From Neoechinorhynchus agilis (Eukaryota; Animalia; Acanthocephala), in the NCBI GenBank assembly GCA_051530055.1, contig JBMGUZ010000083.1, positions 1 through 10,018 on the forward strand: a stretch of 10,018 bases of DNA. Direction: 5' to 3'. Positions 7,942-10,018 of this stretch are shown here, one piece after another (the first letter of the stretch is position 1; each line of letters opens with the position of its first letter). Made by a program: the position numbers and the translations under genes. The notes beneath the pieces are model-generated. The model had not been told where the DNA came from and did not search any database. It saw only the letters and a program-made list of their open reading frames with translations.

Positions 7942-9182
7942 CCTGGGCTTTTTGGATTTTCTGCGGATCGGGCCTGCTACGGGAATAAGGTCCGCAACTC
8001 CGTTATTGATTAGTTCAGACGGCTCCTTAATGATTTGATTTACGAATTCCGAATCCCTATCTACGCAGTCGTCAACGGGGTTATATTCGTCGTTTTGAGT
8101 GGAAATGGGTCTTTTGAGAACGGAATAGCTTGGATGTTTGAGAAACGAGGAGAGCGTAATAGGAAGTTCCGATAAACGTGTTAACAATACACTGACTTTC
8201 CTTTCGAAGGTGATCAAAGCCTCGGTGATTCGGGCTTGCATTGTAGTGAACATGTTGTTACATACCTCTTCGAGGCAACACTCCAGCAGCTCCATGGTGA
8301 CCAGTTGATTGTTAGAAGAGACAGGAGTCGAGTTCGCATTCGTGAAGGTTGGGTTATTGACTGAAGAAGTGACCTGAGCAGACGAAGCTGAAGCCGAGCT
8401 TGAGGAGCCTCGGGCCGGCGAAATAGAGGGAATATTCCCCCTATTTTTGAACCACGCCCAGTATCGCTTAAACTCTGGGCAGCCTTTGAAGAAAGCAGCA
8501 TGAGGTCCCTGACAATTTGCGCAATGCCTCTTAAGTGGGTCGGGCAGCGATCTGAGGTATGATCGGCGCAGGAGCAGTGGCAACATTTAGCATCCTTCAA
8601 ATTTTTGCAGTTTTGACACCAGTGACCCCATTGCTGGCATATATTGCAGCGGGGGAAAACATAATCATCTTGCTCACTGAAGGATTTCAAAGTAAAATGG
8701 ATCGAGAAGCAGTTGAAGGCTCGAGGTCTGCTGGTGCAGAGGTCATCACGCAAATGTCTCATACCCTCAACGGCTGCAATAGAAATTGGAAGTCCAGATT
8801 TTCTTGATTTGATGAAGTATTTAATTGTGCAGCCGAATGATGATTCGAAAAGATCCCTATCCTCCTTGCATATGTCCGGTTGGAGTCCATGAACAAGAAA
8901 TTGAACCTTTTGCGAGGTTGCAGAGACCGTGTAGAGATTATTAGGAAGATTGGAATTGGCGAATTTAACGAGATTGGACATCCATTCATATTTGGAAACA
9001 TAAATCCTCATGGTGCCGGCGAAATAAGATAGTTTATCAACTCGTTTTATGCCATCGTTATTGAATGTGTGAGCCCAAGGAGTAAAAAAGCTTGTCGAAC
9101 ATGACTTGTTTTGGAAGAGACCACAAAAGGCCATCTTTTGGTAGGAAGAGCTTGATAATGTTCTGAGAAGATATTTTTTCAA
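7939..9182 (-). CDS. Element A ORF1, gag-like protein with three zinc knuckles; -1 frameshift near 8542-8544
   Basis: CNICQQWGHWCQNC and CCHCSCADHTSDRC (both CX2CX4HX4C) lie in ORF 8214..9182. CANCQGPHAAFFKGC (CX2CX3HX6C) lies in ORF 7939..8586. One extra C in TGCCCG joins them as RCPDPLKRHCANC. Confidence 0.88.
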
Positions 9183-10018
9183 GTTTTTTCACTGGCAAGC
9201 CGGTATGTTATGATCATTCAATTTTAGTCAATCCCTTTCTTGTCCGGCTTATTTATTTAGGCATAAAGAACTCTTAACCGACATTGGAGACTATGTGGTT
9301 CTGAGAATGGGAGGCTCTCGATGTTCGATTGGTAGCGACCCTCCGCAATTATCGGGAGAATCGGAGATAACTGATTCATCGACGCCCGTTGACGGGAGAG
9401 CGCTGGAGACGTTCGTGATTTGTCTCCGAAGATCCGGAGGCACAGTGATCTTCAAGGAATTGGGTGGCCGTTTGCCACCCTCCGCCAAAACATTGGTGGG
9501 CGATATCGATCTGCCCTAGGTCACACCTCCGCTCTTTCGATAAAAGGGATAACGCGTTTGCGGCTTCTTCAACCTTAGGCTTCTCCTTGGCATCCCAATT
9601 ATCTCTTCGCTTGTTCCAGTCTCGTCTGTTCTACCTGGCGCAAGTTTTGTTCGTCGACCTCCTTGTTTTCTAACTCGATGTTAACTCCCATCCTCTGTCT
9701 GCACTACATCAGCTTGTTTGTTTTCGAATTTGTTTTCACCGTCATATTTCCGATCTTTGTTCCGTTCACTCAGCCACCGGCGTCTGACTTTATCCACGTG
9801 TTTTCGCAACTCACGGCGACCTCATCAACCATGCACATTCTCCTCCCTATTCTCTCCAGGCCCGCCTCCTGGAGGTATCTGAGGATCCGGAGAGATGTAC
9901 GAACTCTTAACGTTTCGAAAGAGTTTAAGTGGTCATATCACTTTTCTGGTGTAAAACCCACTTCTCCGTAATAGGAAAAGAGCTGTGATGGTTTGGACTT
10001 CTGGAACCCTTCGGGCTG

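Larger units (their letters stand above)
5504..9505 (-). mobile_element. Near full-length non-LTR retrotransposon, element A (APE-type, three-knuckle ORF1; I/Jockey/R1-like architecture, clade not assignable by eye); boundaries approximate
   Basis: ORF1 with CCHC knuckles followed by APE and RT in the standard order. No terminal TSD or poly(A) tail was identified. Confidence 0.95.

Noticed and set aside
6816-8544. Programmed -1 ribosomal frameshifting in element A
   Set aside because: No canonical X XXY YYZ slippery heptamer at the break points, and several successive programmed shifts in one element is implausible. Indel error or decay is simpler.
5554-9182. Alternative genetic code (stop-codon reassignment) to explain the broken ORFs
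   Set aside because: WDR1 exons and long retroelement frames are stop-free in the standard code, and the breaks in element A ORF2 are frame changes rather than in-frame stops.
9800-9940. LRILRYLQEAGL as a Ty3/gypsy RT fragment or a LINE C-terminus
   Set aside because: Short generic amphipathic match with no YxDD or other diagnostic motif, and stops nearby.

Overview
AT-rich eukaryotic DNA with short (46-59 nt) GT-AG introns, read in the standard genetic code. Everything I can identify lies on the minus strand. (1) 1-1060: five exons of a WD40 gene of the WDR1/AIP1 (actin-interacting protein 1) family. It runs off the left edge and I could not find its 5' exons. (2) 1052-2131: a ~203-bp tandem array (5.3 copies) that overlaps the start of the first visible exon. 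It duplicates the splice acceptor so that each copy reads AG-(9 or 27 nt)-GT. (3) ~2593-5470: a degenerate non-LTR retrotransposon (element B: gag-like ORF1 remnant, APE, RT truncated before GVPQG), interrupted by a 200-bp foldback/MITE-like insertion with a clear target-site duplication. (4) ~5504-9505: a near-complete non-LTR retrotransposon of a related but diverged family (element A: three-zinc-knuckle ORF1, APE, RT), head-to-tail with B and broken mainly by -1 frameshifts. A and B share three unusual traits: a conserved His-Asp where APE domains normally have Ser-Asp-His, a stop/start overlap (TAATG or TGATG) between ORF1 and ORF2, and a conserved 5' EGGxRPP module with hairpin potential. 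9520-10018 is unexplained. All alignments are by eye against remembered family motifs; no searches were run.
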